From positions 1,695-65,694 of the forward strand of contig JANQRK010000008.1 of the NCBI GenBank assembly GCA_028284585.1: a DNA stretch of 64,000 nt. The letters run 5' to 3'. The notes under the pieces were generated by a model. That model saw only the letters and a program-made list of their open reading frames with translations, did no database searches and had not been told where the DNA came from. This DNA comes from Chromatiales bacterium (GTDB lineage Bacteria > Pseudomonadota > Gammaproteobacteria > Chromatiales > Chromatiaceae). The position numbers and the translations under genes were made by a program. Below, piece after piece: positions 27,712-38,739 of the stretch (positions are counted from its first letter, which is position 1; every line of letters begins with the position of its first letter).

Positions 27712-28100
27712 CGTCATCTCCTTGTAGTCCTGGCAGCACCCGCTTCGAGAGTCGAGAACAACGCGGCTTAGCAAGCCCGTGAGCAGATCTGCCACTATCG
27801 AAGTGCCTCTTAAAGATACAGGGCACGGAACACGGGCGCAGGGTACTGACGCACAAACGCGGTTCGATCGGGAGAGACAGTCGAAGATGGGCGCCATGTT
27901 GATCTCAAGTCGTCCCAGAGTATGACTGAGAGACCATAGAGGCCTGCCCGTCGGATCGCAATATCAACGCCTTGGTGACTAATCCCACATAGGCGAGGCG
28001 CTCAGTGGGCTGTAATTCACTTAGGCGCCAATGCAACGGTCAGGTGTACCCGCGACAGCCGCGCGTCCCGGTATGCGGCATGAGATAAGGAGACAGGCTG

Positions 28101-28652
28101 ATGAAGACCTCTGTCGACGCGACCCGTAGGTCGAGCCGCCTACGCAACGCTTCCGTATCAACCAACAGCGCACTGTGCCTGCTCGTTGGAGTCGCTTTGT
28201 ATTTTCCTGATTCAATGGCCGACAATGCCTCAGGGTCGAAGCTCGCGACACTGCCCAGTGCGCTACAAGTCTATTTTCCCCCGCCCGGACTCCTCCCGCC
28301 GTGCGAATGTCTGGATGTCACGGATATCGATGTCGACGGCAAGAGAGACGAGTGGCGCCCCTGCGCAGACATTAATGGCTACAACGAATTCCTGAGCGGT
28401 TGCATCACCATTGATGGCCTAAGCCGTTCTGATTCGCCGCACGGTGTTGGGCCACAATCTCATCAGTTATTCTTCCCACCACCGGGTTTTCTTCCCTCAT
28501 GCAAGTGTCAAGACGTTACGGACTTGGACAGCGACGGCAGTACCCAGGAGCAACGCGCCTGTGCCGTCATCAACGGCTATAACGAATACCAAAAAGGCTG
28601 TATCCAGATCGACACCGGCGACCATGGTCCAGGATCACTGACTAGCCGTTGA
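28101..28652 (+). CDS. Small secreted Cys-rich protein with two tandem 50-aa repeats
   Basis: Signal-like N-terminus; repeats at 28266-28415 and 28464-28613, 32/50 residues identical by manual alignment, with divergence concentrated at synonymous positions. Confidence 0.8.
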   Translation: MKTSVDATRRSSRLRNASVSTNSALCLLVGVALYFPDSMADNASGSKLATLPSALQVYFPPPGLLPPCECLDVTDIDVDGKRDEWRPCADINGYNEFLSGCITIDGLSRSDSPHGVGPQSHQLFFPPPGFLPSCKCQDVTDLDSDGSTQEQRACAVINGYNEYQKGCIQIDTGDHGPGSLTSR

Positions 28653-29005
28653 CCCAATGATGCGCAGCCGGCCTGCGGTGTCCTAACCTGGGACCGAGTT
28701 GAGGCAGATGCCAAGTCGCCGACAGAGCAACCGGCGCGACAACAGATCGCAGTTCAAGTTGGGCCTGCCCTGGGAACCCAGTGCGCGCTGATTTGTCGCA
28801 ACCTAAGGTGCAGCGTGGTCGTGTGATCTCGACTACGACGAACCTGATCTGCAAGCTGCCAGCCTAGGATTTTCCCTCGGCAGCGGCCAGCCCCCTAGTA
28901 GCTGGTAGCATAGTAAGGAAATCAGCAGGTAGCAGCATGTGTATCTCGGGTATGGGCCCGAGAGCCACTGAGTGAAATTTCGCATCGGTAGAGTTGAGTC
29001 GTTGA

Positions 29006-29911
29006 ATGAGTAGCGCAAAATCGGCCAGTAGCGACTGTAGGAGCTCGACCCGCAGGCTAACGGGCACACAGCGTAGCGGCTATCTGGCGCGGCTATGCTC
29101 GATCGCCTTGTTCGCCGCATCACTGCAGGCCGCCGCACTACCGCCGAATGAACCGCTTGGGCGACCAGTGAATACTGGGTTGACGCTTCATTTCGATGAC
29201 CATGGTCTCGACATCGATGCGCGCAATGCGGAACTGTCCGAGGTATTGTCGCAGCTAGGCGAACAGGCGGGCATCCGTATTCGCTATAGCAAACAGCGGC
29301 TGGGACAAACCACCGTCTCGCTGTCGTTGAATGACACCCCTTTGAACAAGGCCATTGCGCTCATCTTGCAGGGCCACTCCTATCTTCTGAATCTCGATGA
29401 CCAAGCGCGCACCTTGGTTGTGCTGTCGACCGGTCGCGGGACGAAGAATAGGTCCGTCATTCCAAAGAGCATAGGTGTACGTAACCTCAAGACCAAGGCC
29501 AGCACAGCGCCATCCTCAACCAAGGATAAAAAAAACCCGGATAGCACCACTGCAACCGCCTCAGAACCGGCCTTGGAGTCGGTAATCGAAGACGCGGCGA
29601 ACAGCTTGTATGGCGAGGACTCCGATGAAGTGTCGGCGTTGGAGCCATCGATGGCCATGGAGCAACTCGCTGCAATCGATCACCCCGATGCCACCGAGCT
29701 GATCATTCGGGCAACGTCTGACAATAGTAATGTGGTCGATAGGGCACTGGCAGCAGATGCACTATGGCAGCATGCATCGAACCAAAGCTTCGCCGACCCC
29801 GAGGTGAACCAGGCCCTTGAAAGACTGGCCGCCGATGCCGATGCGTCGGTGCGCAACATTGCCGAGCAGGCGCTCAGCGATATGCAGGCCTATCTCGACA
29901 AGGAACAATAG
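29006..29911 (+). CDS. Hypothetical exported protein: secretin/TonB N-terminal (STN)-like domain + HEAT-like repeats
   Basis: LDIDARNAELSEVLSQLGEQAGI...SLNDTPLNKAIALIL; C-terminal ALERLAADADASVRNIAEQAL; start uncertain. Confidence 0.65.
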   Translation: MSSAKSASSDCRSSTRRLTGTQRSGYLARLCSIALFAASLQAAALPPNEPLGRPVNTGLTLHFDDHGLDIDARNAELSEVLSQLGEQAGIRIRYSKQRLGQTTVSLSLNDTPLNKAIALILQGHSYLLNLDDQARTLVVLSTGRGTKNRSVIPKSIGVRNLKTKASTAPSSTKDKKNPDSTTATASEPALESVIEDAANSLYGEDSDEVSALEPSMAMEQLAAIDHPDATELIIRATSDNSNVVDRALAADALWQHASNQSFADPEVNQALERLAADADASVRNIAEQALSDMQAYLDKEQ

Positions 29912-29987
29912 GTCACCGCGTAGATACGGTCCCAGTTGCCGCGCATTGTGGAGAGATGATGGGCACTTCCCAAGATGGACGTGCCGG

Positions 29988-30407
29988 TCAGTCGCCGATC
30001 CGCCGAAACTCGCGTTCCAACCGGTACTCCTCCGAAGCGACGAACGCTTCGATCCGCTTGGCACGTCGCTCGAGCTCCGCGAAGCGCTCTCGTAGGTCGG
30101 CAGCGGCACTCGGCCCGGCGGGTGGCACCTGAGATGATTCGTCCTGGTCGAGGTTGGAACCCGGAGTAGCCGTGTCAGAAACCCGCTCAGCGGACCGACG
30201 CTTCCTCTCTGTACGGCCGTTCCAGTACCAGAAGGCCAACAGGGCCGGCACGGTCAATAGCGGTGCCAAGATTAGGCCGATGACTAACAACGCGATGCTG
30301 GTCCCACGGCTGCAGCCGAAGGTGTCGGACAGTCGGCGGATGGCCTGCTGGATCGCGCCATCGCGATGGGGGTTGCGGCCTGGGCCGTCGTGTCGATATC
30401 CGCTCAC
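29988..30407 (-). CDS. pspC: PspC-like protein with atypical N-terminus
   Basis: C-terminal LERRAKRIEAFVASEEYRLEREFRRI; follows pspB with ATGA overlap. Confidence 0.75.
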   Translation of the reverse strand: MSGYRHDGPGRNPHRDGAIQQAIRRLSDTFGCSRGTSIALLVIGLILAPLLTVPALLAFWYWNGRTERKRRSAERVSDTATPGSNLDQDESSQVPPAGPSAAADLRERFAELERRAKRIEAFVASEEYRLEREFRRIGD

Positions 30408-30643
30408 TTGTGCCTCCAGTCCGGGGCGTCCGCGTCGAGTATGGTCTCGATGGAGACGAGCCTCTGCTCGAGCCTGTCCGCAAGCCCACGAAGCTCATCC
30501 AGTTCAGCGCTCGCAGTAGGATCCGCGCTGTCTCCCGAACGCATCCGCATCCATAGCGTGATGTAGTGAAAGACGATCCAGGTCGGAATGATGATCCCGA
30601 GAAAAATGATCACCGGAATCATCAGGGCCCAGAAGATGCTCAT
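30404..30643 (-). CDS. pspB: Phage shock protein B
   Basis: PTWIVFHY, LADRLEQRLVSIETILDADAPDWR. Confidence 0.92.
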   Translation of the reverse strand: MSIFWALMIPVIIFLGIIIPTWIVFHYITLWMRMRSGDSADPTASAELDELRGLADRLEQRLVSIETILDADAPDWRHK

Positions 30644-30801
30644 CGTTTGCTCCGATCGGGGTGATGGGATAGGCAGGCCAGGCTATGACGCTGCAACTTA
30701 CCCGGCGTCCATGGGCTCACCGGCGACGGCAGTGCGCCGGCCGACGCTTTCGCATGCCACATGGACTTCAACGAGAAATCCATTGGATAGCTGCCTCCCG
30801 A

Positions 30802-31473
30802 TCAATCGCGTACCTCAGTGCCTACCTGCGCCTTGAGGCGCTCGAGGTCGGCCTCGATCTCCGCCTCGGCCTCGAGATCTTCGAACTGTTCCTCGAGGGT
30901 CTTGGATTTCCCGAGATCATAGACCTCGGCGTTGGCTTCCAAGTCGTCGATGCGCCGCTCTAACGACTCATAGCGATTGAGTGCGTCGTCGACTCGACCG
31001 TCGTGCAGCGTAAGGCGAATTTTGACGCGTTCCTTGGCACTCTTCATCCGCATCTCGAGACCCTTTTTACGCGCCTTTGCCTCGTTGAGCTTGGCCTGAA
31101 GTTGCGCGAGGTCGGCATCGTGGCGCTGCAGACTCTCCTCGACCAGCATTAGCTCGTCGCGCAAGGTGCCCGCTTGCTCCTCCAGCTTGTGCTTGACCAC
31201 CAGCGCACTCTTGGCAAGGTCCTCACGGGACTTGCGCAGCGCGAACGTCGCCTTCTCCTCCCAGTGCGCTTGCTTTGCGACCAGCTTTTCTAACCTGCGC
31301 TCCAGCTCCTTCTTGTCGGCGATGGTCCGCACCGCCTGCGAGCGGACCTCGACGAGGGTGTCCTCCATTTCCTGGATCATCAGCCGGATCATTTTCTCGG
31401 GATCCTCGGCCCTCTCCAGAAGGGAGTTGATGTTGGCGTTCACGATGTCGGTGATGCGCGAAAAGATACCCAT
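30802..31473 (-). CDS. pspA: Phage shock protein A
   Basis: MGIFSRITDIVNANINSLLERAEDPEKMIRLMIQEMEDTLVEVRS. Confidence 0.97.
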   Translation of the reverse strand: MGIFSRITDIVNANINSLLERAEDPEKMIRLMIQEMEDTLVEVRSQAVRTIADKKELERRLEKLVAKQAHWEEKATFALRKSREDLAKSALVVKHKLEEQAGTLRDELMLVEESLQRHDADLAQLQAKLNEAKARKKGLEMRMKSAKERVKIRLTLHDGRVDDALNRYESLERRIDDLEANAEVYDLGKSKTLEEQFEDLEAEAEIEADLERLKAQVGTEVRD

Positions 31474-31517
31474 TGCCTGCTTGCCTCTCGGTAGAGTGAT
31501 TTGCCTATCTCCACCAT

Positions 31518-31533
31518 TGCGAACAGCATGCCA
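31518..31533 (-). promoter_or_regulatory. sigma54 (-24/-12) promoter of pspA
   Basis: TGGCATGCTGTTCGCA matches TGGCACG-N4-TTGCW with correct GG/GC spacing. Confidence 0.85.
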
Positions 31534-31538
31534 ACCCC

Positions 31539-31551
31539 TAAGGCGTTGATT
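31539..31551 (-). promoter_or_regulatory. IHF binding site
   Basis: AATCAACGCCTTA is a full match to WATCAA-N4-TTR, lying between promoter and UAS. Confidence 0.7.
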
Positions 31552-31585
31552 CCTGGTGCGTGAACCCGGCCAATCGAAGAAAAAT

Positions 31586-31599
31586 GGCGAATTACACTA
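31586..31599 (-). promoter_or_regulatory. PspF upstream activating sequence
   Basis: TAGTGTAATTCGCC, closely matching the enterobacterial psp UAS as recalled. Confidence 0.7.
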
Positions 31600-31641
31600 C
31601 CCATTATCGCTAATTAGTAGCTAAAAAAGTATTATTAGGCG

Positions 31642-32658
31642 ATGGAGACCCTACCTCCCATCCATGGTGAAGACCCCGTATTCCTGGAGGTGGTCGAGGA
31701 AGTCTCTCGCATCGCGGCACTCGACCGGCCCTGCCTGGTGGTCGGAGAGCGCGGCACCGGGAAAGAGCTGCTTACGTCCCGGCTGCACTATCTTTCGCTG
31801 CGCTGGGACGGCCCGCTGATCAAAGTCAACTGCGCCGCGCTGAGCGAATCCTTGCTGGAGACTGAGCTGTTCGGCCATGAGGCCGGCGCCTTCACCGGCG
31901 CGCAACGGCAGCATATGGGACGCTTCGAGCGCGCTGACGGCGGGACGCTGGTGCTGGACGAGATCGCAACGGCGTCGGCCGCGGTGCAGGAGAAAGTCCT
32001 GCGCATCATCGAATACGGCGAGTTCGAGCGAGTCGGCGGTCGCGAGACCATAAAGGTGGACGTAAGGGTGGTCGGCGCAACCAACGTCGACCTCCCCGGT
32101 CTTGCGATCGAAGGCGAGTTCCGGCCAGATCTCTTGGATCGCCTCGCGTTCGAGGTAGTCACCGTGCCGCCACTGCGCGCCCGCCCGGCGGACGTGACGG
32201 CGCTCACTGACGAGTTCGGTCTAGAGATGACTCGGACATTGGGGCGCGACCTCTATCCGGGTTTCAGTTCGCGCGCCCGCGCCGCGCTGCTCTCCCACGA
32301 TTGGCCCGGCAATGTGCGCGAGCTCAAGAACGTGGTCGAGCGCGCGGTAAGTCGAGCAAGAAATCTCCAGGCGCCGATCGACGCCTTGGTGATCGATCCC
32401 TTCGACAGTCCCTGGCGGCCCGGTATCGCCACCCACTCGCCCCCAGCCGCAACACAGGCCCGAACTGCAGCCTCGACCGCCGCAGCCGAGCGCCCGACGG
32501 CCACCGGATTCTCGGAGCGAGTCGCCGCCTTCGAGCGCCAACTGCTGGTAGACGCAATGTCTGAAACGGGCAATAACCAGACCAAGACCGCTCGCCGTCT
32601 CGACCTCAGCTACCACCAACTGCGCCGCCTTCTCGCCAAGCACGACTTGCGGAACTGA
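31642..32658 (+). CDS. pspF: Phage shock operon sigma54 activator
   Basis: GERGTGKE, ELFGHEAGAFTGA, LVLDE, WPGNVRELKN, C-terminal HTH; no N-terminal regulatory domain; divergent from pspA. Confidence 0.96.
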   Translation: METLPPIHGEDPVFLEVVEEVSRIAALDRPCLVVGERGTGKELLTSRLHYLSLRWDGPLIKVNCAALSESLLETELFGHEAGAFTGAQRQHMGRFERADGGTLVLDEIATASAAVQEKVLRIIEYGEFERVGGRETIKVDVRVVGATNVDLPGLAIEGEFRPDLLDRLAFEVVTVPPLRARPADVTALTDEFGLEMTRTLGRDLYPGFSSRARAALLSHDWPGNVRELKNVVERAVSRARNLQAPIDALVIDPFDSPWRPGIATHSPPAATQARTAASTAAAERPTATGFSERVAAFERQLLVDAMSETGNNQTKTARRLDLSYHQLRRLLAKHDLRN

Positions 32659-32838
32659 CAACTTATCACCAACGTGCCTCCCGCAAGGTCGGCCAAGCGG
32701 CTTGTTGGCAAGGACAGCGCATACCAATCAGCCCAGCAAGGCCGAATGTGGACGATCCCAGGGCAGCAAGTGCAGTCACCGACTTTTGGAAATCATCTTG
32801 ATCCGCAGCCGCCTTTTTTGCACTGCCCCGCAATGGCT

Positions 32839-32855
32839 CTAGACATCATGTCTAG
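32839..32855. repeat. 17-bp palindrome sharing a 13-bp core with the IS110 remnant end
   Basis: CTAGACAT-C-ATGTCTAG; ACATCATGTCTAG recurs at 41427-41439. Confidence 0.6.
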
Positions 32856-32881
32856 TTGACCTGGTGCCCTGGACCATCGTT

Positions 32882-33754
32882 TTACGCGGCAAAGAGCTCC
32901 CGCGCCAACGCGCGCACACCGGTTATTTGGCCACTCAGTTGATCGCTGACTGCATCGACATAGGGACTCATCTTGCCATTGCGCAGTGCTTGGTGCTTGG
33001 GCGCCTGGCGTGGTGCCTCTTCATCATCAAGCAGGATCGAGGCCATGGCCATGGCGGCCCGGACCACGCTGCCGATAGGCGTTGGTGCATCACCATCCTC
33101 TGACCCACCATGCGTCATCGCGTCAAGGATGGGTTCGGGAAGCCCCCAGGCGCGCCCGAGATGGGCACCGGCGAGTACATGGTCGATTCCCAAACGGTCA
33201 CGCAGCAAGCCGCCAAGCGAGCGCTCAGCGTCGGCCTGCTGCAACGCAAATATTGCATCCATTTCGCGCGGCAACTGGCTCGCCAGCCAGACCAAACCGA
33301 TGTTGTACAACAAGCCGGCCGTGTGTGCCGCTTGCGGGTCGACGGCCGCATCCATCATCGACCGGGTAGCAAACGCCTGTGCAGCCGAGGCCGTCAGCAT
33401 CGCATGCATCCAGTAGCGTTCACCATCGAAACCGGGACACCGCCGGAGATCGAATGGAGCCGCCACGGTCAAGGCGATCCCCACAGTGCGTACGATATCC
33501 CGACCCAGTCGTGCACAGGCGCCGGTAAGTGAATCGATCGGACTGGCGGGCGACGACCAGCCGGAATTGGCCAAGCTGACCAGGCGCAGGGTGACCGAGG
33601 GAAAGCGCTCCACCACCTCGACCAACTGTTGCAGATCATTGTCGCCGCTGGAAAGTGCCTGCAACAAAAATGGTGCACCCGGTGTCAGTACGGGCAGACC
33701 GTTCGCGTTCAGGCGATCGAGCACATCGTCTGTTGTCATCGGGAGGTCGCTCAC
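32882..33754 (-). CDS. HDOD-domain protein
   Basis: RLVSLANSGW, ACARLGRD, AHTAGLLYNIG, LGIDHVLAGAHLGRAWGLPE. Confidence 0.9.
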   Translation of the reverse strand: MSDLPMTTDDVLDRLNANGLPVLTPGAPFLLQALSSGDNDLQQLVEVVERFPSVTLRLVSLANSGWSSPASPIDSLTGACARLGRDIVRTVGIALTVAAPFDLRRCPGFDGERYWMHAMLTASAAQAFATRSMMDAAVDPQAAHTAGLLYNIGLVWLASQLPREMDAIFALQQADAERSLGGLLRDRLGIDHVLAGAHLGRAWGLPEPILDAMTHGGSEDGDAPTPIGSVVRAAMAMASILLDDEEAPRQAPKHQALRNGKMSPYVDAVSDQLSGQITGVRALARELFAA

Positions 33755-33769
33755 AACAAAAACCCGCCG

Positions 33770-36700
33770 CTAGGCAGAGGCGTTGAGCCCCGCCATCGCA
33801 GTCGAGAGGAAGTCTGTCGTGACCAACCCAGGTATCGCTGCGGGTTCAACCGGCGCACTGAAGTAATCGCCCTGAGCATCATCGCAACCGATCCCCGATA
33901 GCGCAGCGACCTCGTCCCGGGACTGAACGCCCTCGGCAACGACTCGGCATCCCATGGCGTGGGCAAGGCCGGTAACCGCCCCCACCAAGGTCGCTGCCGT
34001 CGGATTCTTGAGCATGGCGTTGACGAACTGCTGGTTTACCTTTAGACAATTCACCGGCAGATAAATAATCGATGCCAGCGAAGAATATCCGGTACCGAAG
34101 TCGTCGATCACAATATTGATCCGATGATCCCTGAAATCGGCGAATATGGCCTCGTGGTCATCACCGAACTGCATGGTGCTCTCGGTGATCTCCAATTCCA
34201 GATCCACTGCCGACAGGCCATTCTCGTGCAGGGTACGCACGAAGAACGCGAGCAGATCCGGATTGCGGAAATGCATCGGTGAAACATTCACCGCCACGGT
34301 AAACTCGGGCAGATCGCTGCGTCGCCACTCCGCCAATTGCTGGCAGGCGGTTTTAATTGCCCACTCGCCGAGCTGATCGATGACACCGGTCCGTTCGGCG
34401 ATCTTGATGCACTCGTCAGATGTCAACAGGCCACGTGCTGGGTGCCGCCATCGCAGCAGGGCCTCGACGCCGCTGACACGACCCTGCTGAAGATTGACCT
34501 TCGGCTGGTAGACGAGTTCGAGTTGCTCGCCCTCGATCGCAGCCTTCAAGTCGCCTTCGATCTGCAAGCGCTGCGAGGCATGCAAAGTCAGTTCGGGGTG
34601 ATAGAAGGCATAGCGATGCTTGCCAGCCTTCTTGGCTGCATACATGGCACTGTCGGCTGCCTTGAGCAAGCTCTGAGCGTCTGCACCGTCGTCGGGGAAT
34701 CGCGCGATCCCGACACTGGTCCGCGGATGCCGCAGTGCACCACCCAGCTCAAGCGGTTCCGCAACCGCCTGCAGACAGCGCTCGGCAATGTTCGCCAGGG
34801 CCTCGTCATCACTCCAGCCGTCGATCAGCACGCAAAACTCGTCACCACCGAGGCGGGCGGCAAAGTCCGACTCGCGCAGCAGTGCCTTGAGCCGTTGTGC
34901 CACGGCCTTCAGCAACTGATCACCAACGTCGTGCCCAAGACTGTCATTGACGTCCTTGAACGAGTCCAGATCCAGATAAAACAGGGCAAACGACTCCCCG
35001 CGCCGTGCGGAGGCCTTCAGTTGGTTTTCGAGATGTCGATGGAAGTAGGCCCGGCTGGCAAGGCCGGTCAGGGTATCTTCGTATGCCAACTGGCGGATGC
35101 GCTCCTGGTTTTCCCGCTGCCGCGTGACGTCCTGGACAGTACCCAGCACCGTCTGTGGCTCGTCTTCCGGGCGGCCGATCTCCTGGTGGATGACGATGAC
35201 CTTGTTGACATCTTCGAGTAAGCGATAGTCCATGACCCGGTTCGCGTCCCGGTCGACAGAGGCCCGGATATGTTGGCGTAGGTAATCGCGGTCTTCCGGA
35301 TGCACATGCTCGAGATAGCCATCCAGCGTAAGATCGCATTGCGTATCGCCGATACCACACATGCTGGCCAGCTGCTCTGAGACAGTGAATACGTCTTCCT
35401 CCTCGCTCCATCGCCAGTAACCCAGCTTTGCCATGCGTTGTGCAGCAGAAAGCTGTCGCTGCGACTCGCGCAATGCGCGGGCATCTGCTGCGGCGCGCAG
35501 CTGGAAGAGTATCCGCTGGGCGGTCGCCGCATAATTGAGCGGCTTAGACTCGAAGCCATTGGCACCGGCGGCGAAGGCAGAACGCGCCGCGCCCACGTCG
35601 TTGAGCCCGGTGACCATCAGGATCGGGACGTGTTTCATCGACCGTAGCTGGCGCAGTCGACGACAGGTCTCGAAACCGTCCATGTCGGGCATCAGCCCGT
35701 CGAGCAGGACCAACTCGGGTGGATTGTGTCGACAGATATCGATCGCCTCTGCACCGCCCGTTACCTCCCGCACATCGAAGCCCTCGACGGCCAGTGCTTC
35801 GGCCGTTGTGGCACGAAACGCGGCATCGTCGTCAACCAGCAGGAGGGTCGGCCCGTCCACCGCGCTCGCCGCCGGCAGCGGTGTCACCGACGGCGACGTC
35901 TCACGCTGGGCCCTGAGTGCCTGCAGGACCGCCGGGATGGCATTGCATAGCTCGCCAACCCCATGCTGTGCCTCATCCAAGCGCCCCGCCCGGGCACTGG
36001 CTTCGGTCATGGCGCACAATGCCGAGAACGCCGCGGCACCCAGGTTGGCACTGCCCGACTTGAGGCTGTGCGCAAGCCGCCGGACCGTCTCGGCATCGCC
36101 TTGGGCGCAGGCCTGGCGCAGTGCGTCCAGGTCGTCCGGCACGCTCTCCAAATAGCGATCAATCGCCTTGCCAAGCACATCCCTACCGCTATCGGCGCCG
36201 ATTGCACGCAATTGTTCGATGATTTTCTCATCGAGCACATCGGCCTCGGCGGCCCTGACAATGGTGGCTGGCGGCGCTGTGGCGTTCGGGACGGTCGCGA
36301 CCGCTGTCGCCGCGGGCAGCCATGTGTTCAGCAAGCCCGCCAATGCCCCCTGGCTGAATGGTTTGCTCAGGTAGTCGTCCATGCCGACCGCCATACAACG
36401 CTCCTGCGTGCCTTCCTGGATGTCGGCCGTCAGCGCGATGATGGGCACGCGCTGGCGTTGCTCGCGCTGTTCCCATTGGCGAATCGCCTCGGTCGCGGCG
36501 AACCCGTCCATCTCCGGCATGTGACAGTCCATCAACACCAGGTCATAGGTCTGCCGCGCCAGCGCTTCCATCGCAAAATTGCCGTTGTCCGCGACATCCA
36601 CGCCAAACCCCAGGCCCTCGAGCATGCCGACCGCCACTTCTTGATTGACCAGGTTGTCTTCGGCCAACAGGATGCGGAGGTCCCGTTGCGTTACCGGCGG

Positions 36701-38737
36701 CGTTGTCGCCGGCGGTTCACCCGGCTGCTCACCCACCAACCGCAGCAGGCAGCTGCGCAATCGCTCCTGGCGCACCGGCTTGTCGAGATAACAGTCGATG
36801 CCATATTCCTTTGCCTTCGCCGCTTGGTCGGCCAACCCACCCGAACTGAGCAGGACGAGATGCATCCGGGGCATGTCGGATGCTGCGCGAATCGCTGATG
36901 CCAGTTCCATGCCGTCCACGTCCGGCATGTGCAGGTCGAGCAACACCATGTCGAACGCCGACCCCGATGCCGTCGCACGGCGCAGGCTCTGCAATGCGTG
37001 GAATGCCGAGCCGACGCATTCGTCCGACATGCCCCAAGCGGTGACTTGCTCGTGCAGGATCTGCCGATTGACCTCATGGTCATCGACCACCAGCACACGC
37101 ACCCCGTTGAGACGCTCGGTCGGTGGTGCCGGCTGCGCCGGCGTCAAGGCCTCACGCAATGGGATGCGACATTCGAAACAGGTGCCCTTCCCCGCGTCGC
37201 TGTGCAACTCGATCGTGCCTTTCAACAATCGGACCAGCTGTTTGACGATGGCCAGTCCCAGGCCGGTACCGCCGTACCGCCGGGTCGTCGAGGCATCGGC
37301 CTGGGTGAAGGCCTCGAAGATACGCGAGCGCAACCCATCGTCGATGCCCGGCCCGGTATCCATGACGCTGAAATTCAACCAGTAGCCACCCGATGATTCG
37401 GCGATGACCTGGGCCTTGAGGCGCACCTCACCCTGCTCGGTAAACTTGACCGCGTTGCCTAACAGATTGACCAGGACCTGGCGCAGCCGGACCGGATCAC
37501 CGCGCACGTCGCTGTGCATATTCGGCGGTAGGTCGGCGAGCAGCTCCAGACCCTTGCGGTGGGCCGATTCGGCAAGCAATTCGAGCGCATCCTCAAGCAG
37601 CTCGCGCAGGTCGAAGTCCTCATCGACTAGTTCCAGTCGACCCGCCTCGATCTTGGAGAAGTCGAGGATGTCGTTGAGGACGGTGAGCAGTGATTCGGCG
37701 GAGCGATGCGCCGTGGCGGCCAGGCGTTGCGCACGCTCGCTTAGACCGGCGTCCAGCAGCAATTCGGTCATCCCCAGTACACCGTTCATCGGGGTACGTA
37801 TCTCATGGCTCATGGTCGCCAGGAACTCACTCTTGGCACGACTCGCGGCCTCGGCGGCCTCTTTGGCATCGACCAGTTCCTGGGTCCGATTCTCGACCTC
37901 GGTCTCCAGATTCTGCTGGTGCAGCAACAGCCTTTCCCGGCTGGCCCGCAGGTTTGAGCTCATTTGCGCAAACACCTTGCCGAGCTCACCGATCTCGTCG
38001 TTGCGCTTAATTTCGATCGCAGCTGTGTCGTCACCGCGGCCGATCTGCTCGGCATGACGGGACAACTGCTTGATTGGCCTGACCAGGTTGCGCGACACCA
38101 GAAAGGCCATCAAGAGTGCGATAAACAACATCCCCAGCAGGGCCCAGGCGGTGGTGATGAGACTGCTACGCACGCCCTCATCCCTGATCCCATCCAGGCG
38201 CTGGCGCACCTCGCTGACGTCGCCTTCGATCGTGGTCAACGACAGCCCCAGACGCAGCGTGCCGATTCGCTCATCGCCAATGTTCAGGGGCAAGGCGATA
38301 TCGACAAGACCCGGCGCCTGCTGGAACAACAGGCTCTCAGCGGCAATGGCCGCCGCAGTCAAGCCGTCGTCACTGACCTTGCCAAAACCCCTTAGCTCTT
38401 CGGTACCGTCATGGATGAGCTTACCGTCTGCTCCGATAATGTAGACATACAACACCTCATCCAACGCCAGTGCGGTACTGATGAGCTCATAGATGCCCTG
38501 CATGTCGTATTCGTAGAGCGGATTCACCAGGTTCTCGGCCAGTAACTTGACCATGCTCTCACCACGGTCCCGCAACTGTGACAGCAGACGCTGCTCCATC
38601 TGTTCGGCCGTGATCGCCGACAGCGCTTGTGCACTGCGCTGAAATTGCGTGGACAAGGCCGTGGCCAATGTCACCACGGCCACCATGACCAGGGCGAGAA
38701 TGGTCAGGGTATAGCGTACCTGGAGGGGTATCCGCAT
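33770..38737 (-). CDS. Hybrid sensor kinase fused to GGDEF-EAL (TM-HAMP-HisKA-HATPase-REC-REC-HPt-REC-PAS-GGDEF-EAL), 1655 aa
   Basis: [10 protein letters not shown]; [10 protein letters not shown]; three REC aspartate motifs (LLDLHMP, LMDCHMP, LLDGLMP); [13 protein letters not shown]; HVHPEDR; RLGGDEF; VEALLRW; [10 protein letters not shown]. Confidence 0.95.
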   Translation of the reverse strand: MRIPLQVRYTLTILALVMVAVVTLATALSTQFQRSAQALSAITAEQMEQRLLSQLRDRGESMVKLLAENLVNPLYEYDMQGIYELISTALALDEVLYVYIIGADGKLIHDGTEELRGFGKVSDDGLTAAAIAAESLLFQQAPGLVDIALPLNIGDERIGTLRLGLSLTTIEGDVSEVRQRLDGIRDEGVRSSLITTAWALLGMLFIALLMAFLVSRNLVRPIKQLSRHAEQIGRGDDTAAIEIKRNDEIGELGKVFAQMSSNLRASRERLLLHQQNLETEVENRTQELVDAKEAAEAASRAKSEFLATMSHEIRTPMNGVLGMTELLLDAGLSERAQRLAATAHRSAESLLTVLNDILDFSKIEAGRLELVDEDFDLRELLEDALELLAESAHRKGLELLADLPPNMHSDVRGDPVRLRQVLVNLLGNAVKFTEQGEVRLKAQVIAESSGGYWLNFSVMDTGPGIDDGLRSRIFEAFTQADASTTRRYGGTGLGLAIVKQLVRLLKGTIELHSDAGKGTCFECRIPLREALTPAQPAPPTERLNGVRVLVVDDHEVNRQILHEQVTAWGMSDECVGSAFHALQSLRRATASGSAFDMVLLDLHMPDVDGMELASAIRAASDMPRMHLVLLSSGGLADQAAKAKEYGIDCYLDKPVRQERLRSCLLRLVGEQPGEPPATTPPVTQRDLRILLAEDNLVNQEVAVGMLEGLGFGVDVADNGNFAMEALARQTYDLVLMDCHMPEMDGFAATEAIRQWEQREQRQRVPIIALTADIQEGTQERCMAVGMDDYLSKPFSQGALAGLLNTWLPAATAVATVPNATAPPATIVRAAEADVLDEKIIEQLRAIGADSGRDVLGKAIDRYLESVPDDLDALRQACAQGDAETVRRLAHSLKSGSANLGAAAFSALCAMTEASARAGRLDEAQHGVGELCNAIPAVLQALRAQRETSPSVTPLPAASAVDGPTLLLVDDDAAFRATTAEALAVEGFDVREVTGGAEAIDICRHNPPELVLLDGLMPDMDGFETCRRLRQLRSMKHVPILMVTGLNDVGAARSAFAAGANGFESKPLNYAATAQRILFQLRAAADARALRESQRQLSAAQRMAKLGYWRWSEEEDVFTVSEQLASMCGIGDTQCDLTLDGYLEHVHPEDRDYLRQHIRASVDRDANRVMDYRLLEDVNKVIVIHQEIGRPEDEPQTVLGTVQDVTRQRENQERIRQLAYEDTLTGLASRAYFHRHLENQLKASARRGESFALFYLDLDSFKDVNDSLGHDVGDQLLKAVAQRLKALLRESDFAARLGGDEFCVLIDGWSDDEALANIAERCLQAVAEPLELGGALRHPRTSVGIARFPDDGADAQSLLKAADSAMYAAKKAGKHRYAFYHPELTLHASQRLQIEGDLKAAIEGEQLELVYQPKVNLQQGRVSGVEALLRWRHPARGLLTSDECIKIAERTGVIDQLGEWAIKTACQQLAEWRRSDLPEFTVAVNVSPMHFRNPDLLAFFVRTLHENGLSAVDLELEITESTMQFGDDHEAIFADFRDHRINIVIDDFGTGYSSLASIIYLPVNCLKVNQQFVNAMLKNPTAATLVGAVTGLAHAMGCRVVAEGVQSRDEVAALSGIGCDDAQGDYFSAPVEPAAIPGLVTTDFLSTAMAGLNASA

Positions 38738-38739
38738 TA

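Noticed and set aside
17995-29911. Integron cassette array explaining the run of small genes
   Set aside because: Mixed orientations, no integrase, no repeated attC-like elements; the CTAAC...GTTAG near 19980 is too short
34146-38444. Long plus-strand ORFs (up to 311 aa) opposite the hybrid kinase
   Set aside because: Antisense shadow frames typical of high-GC genes
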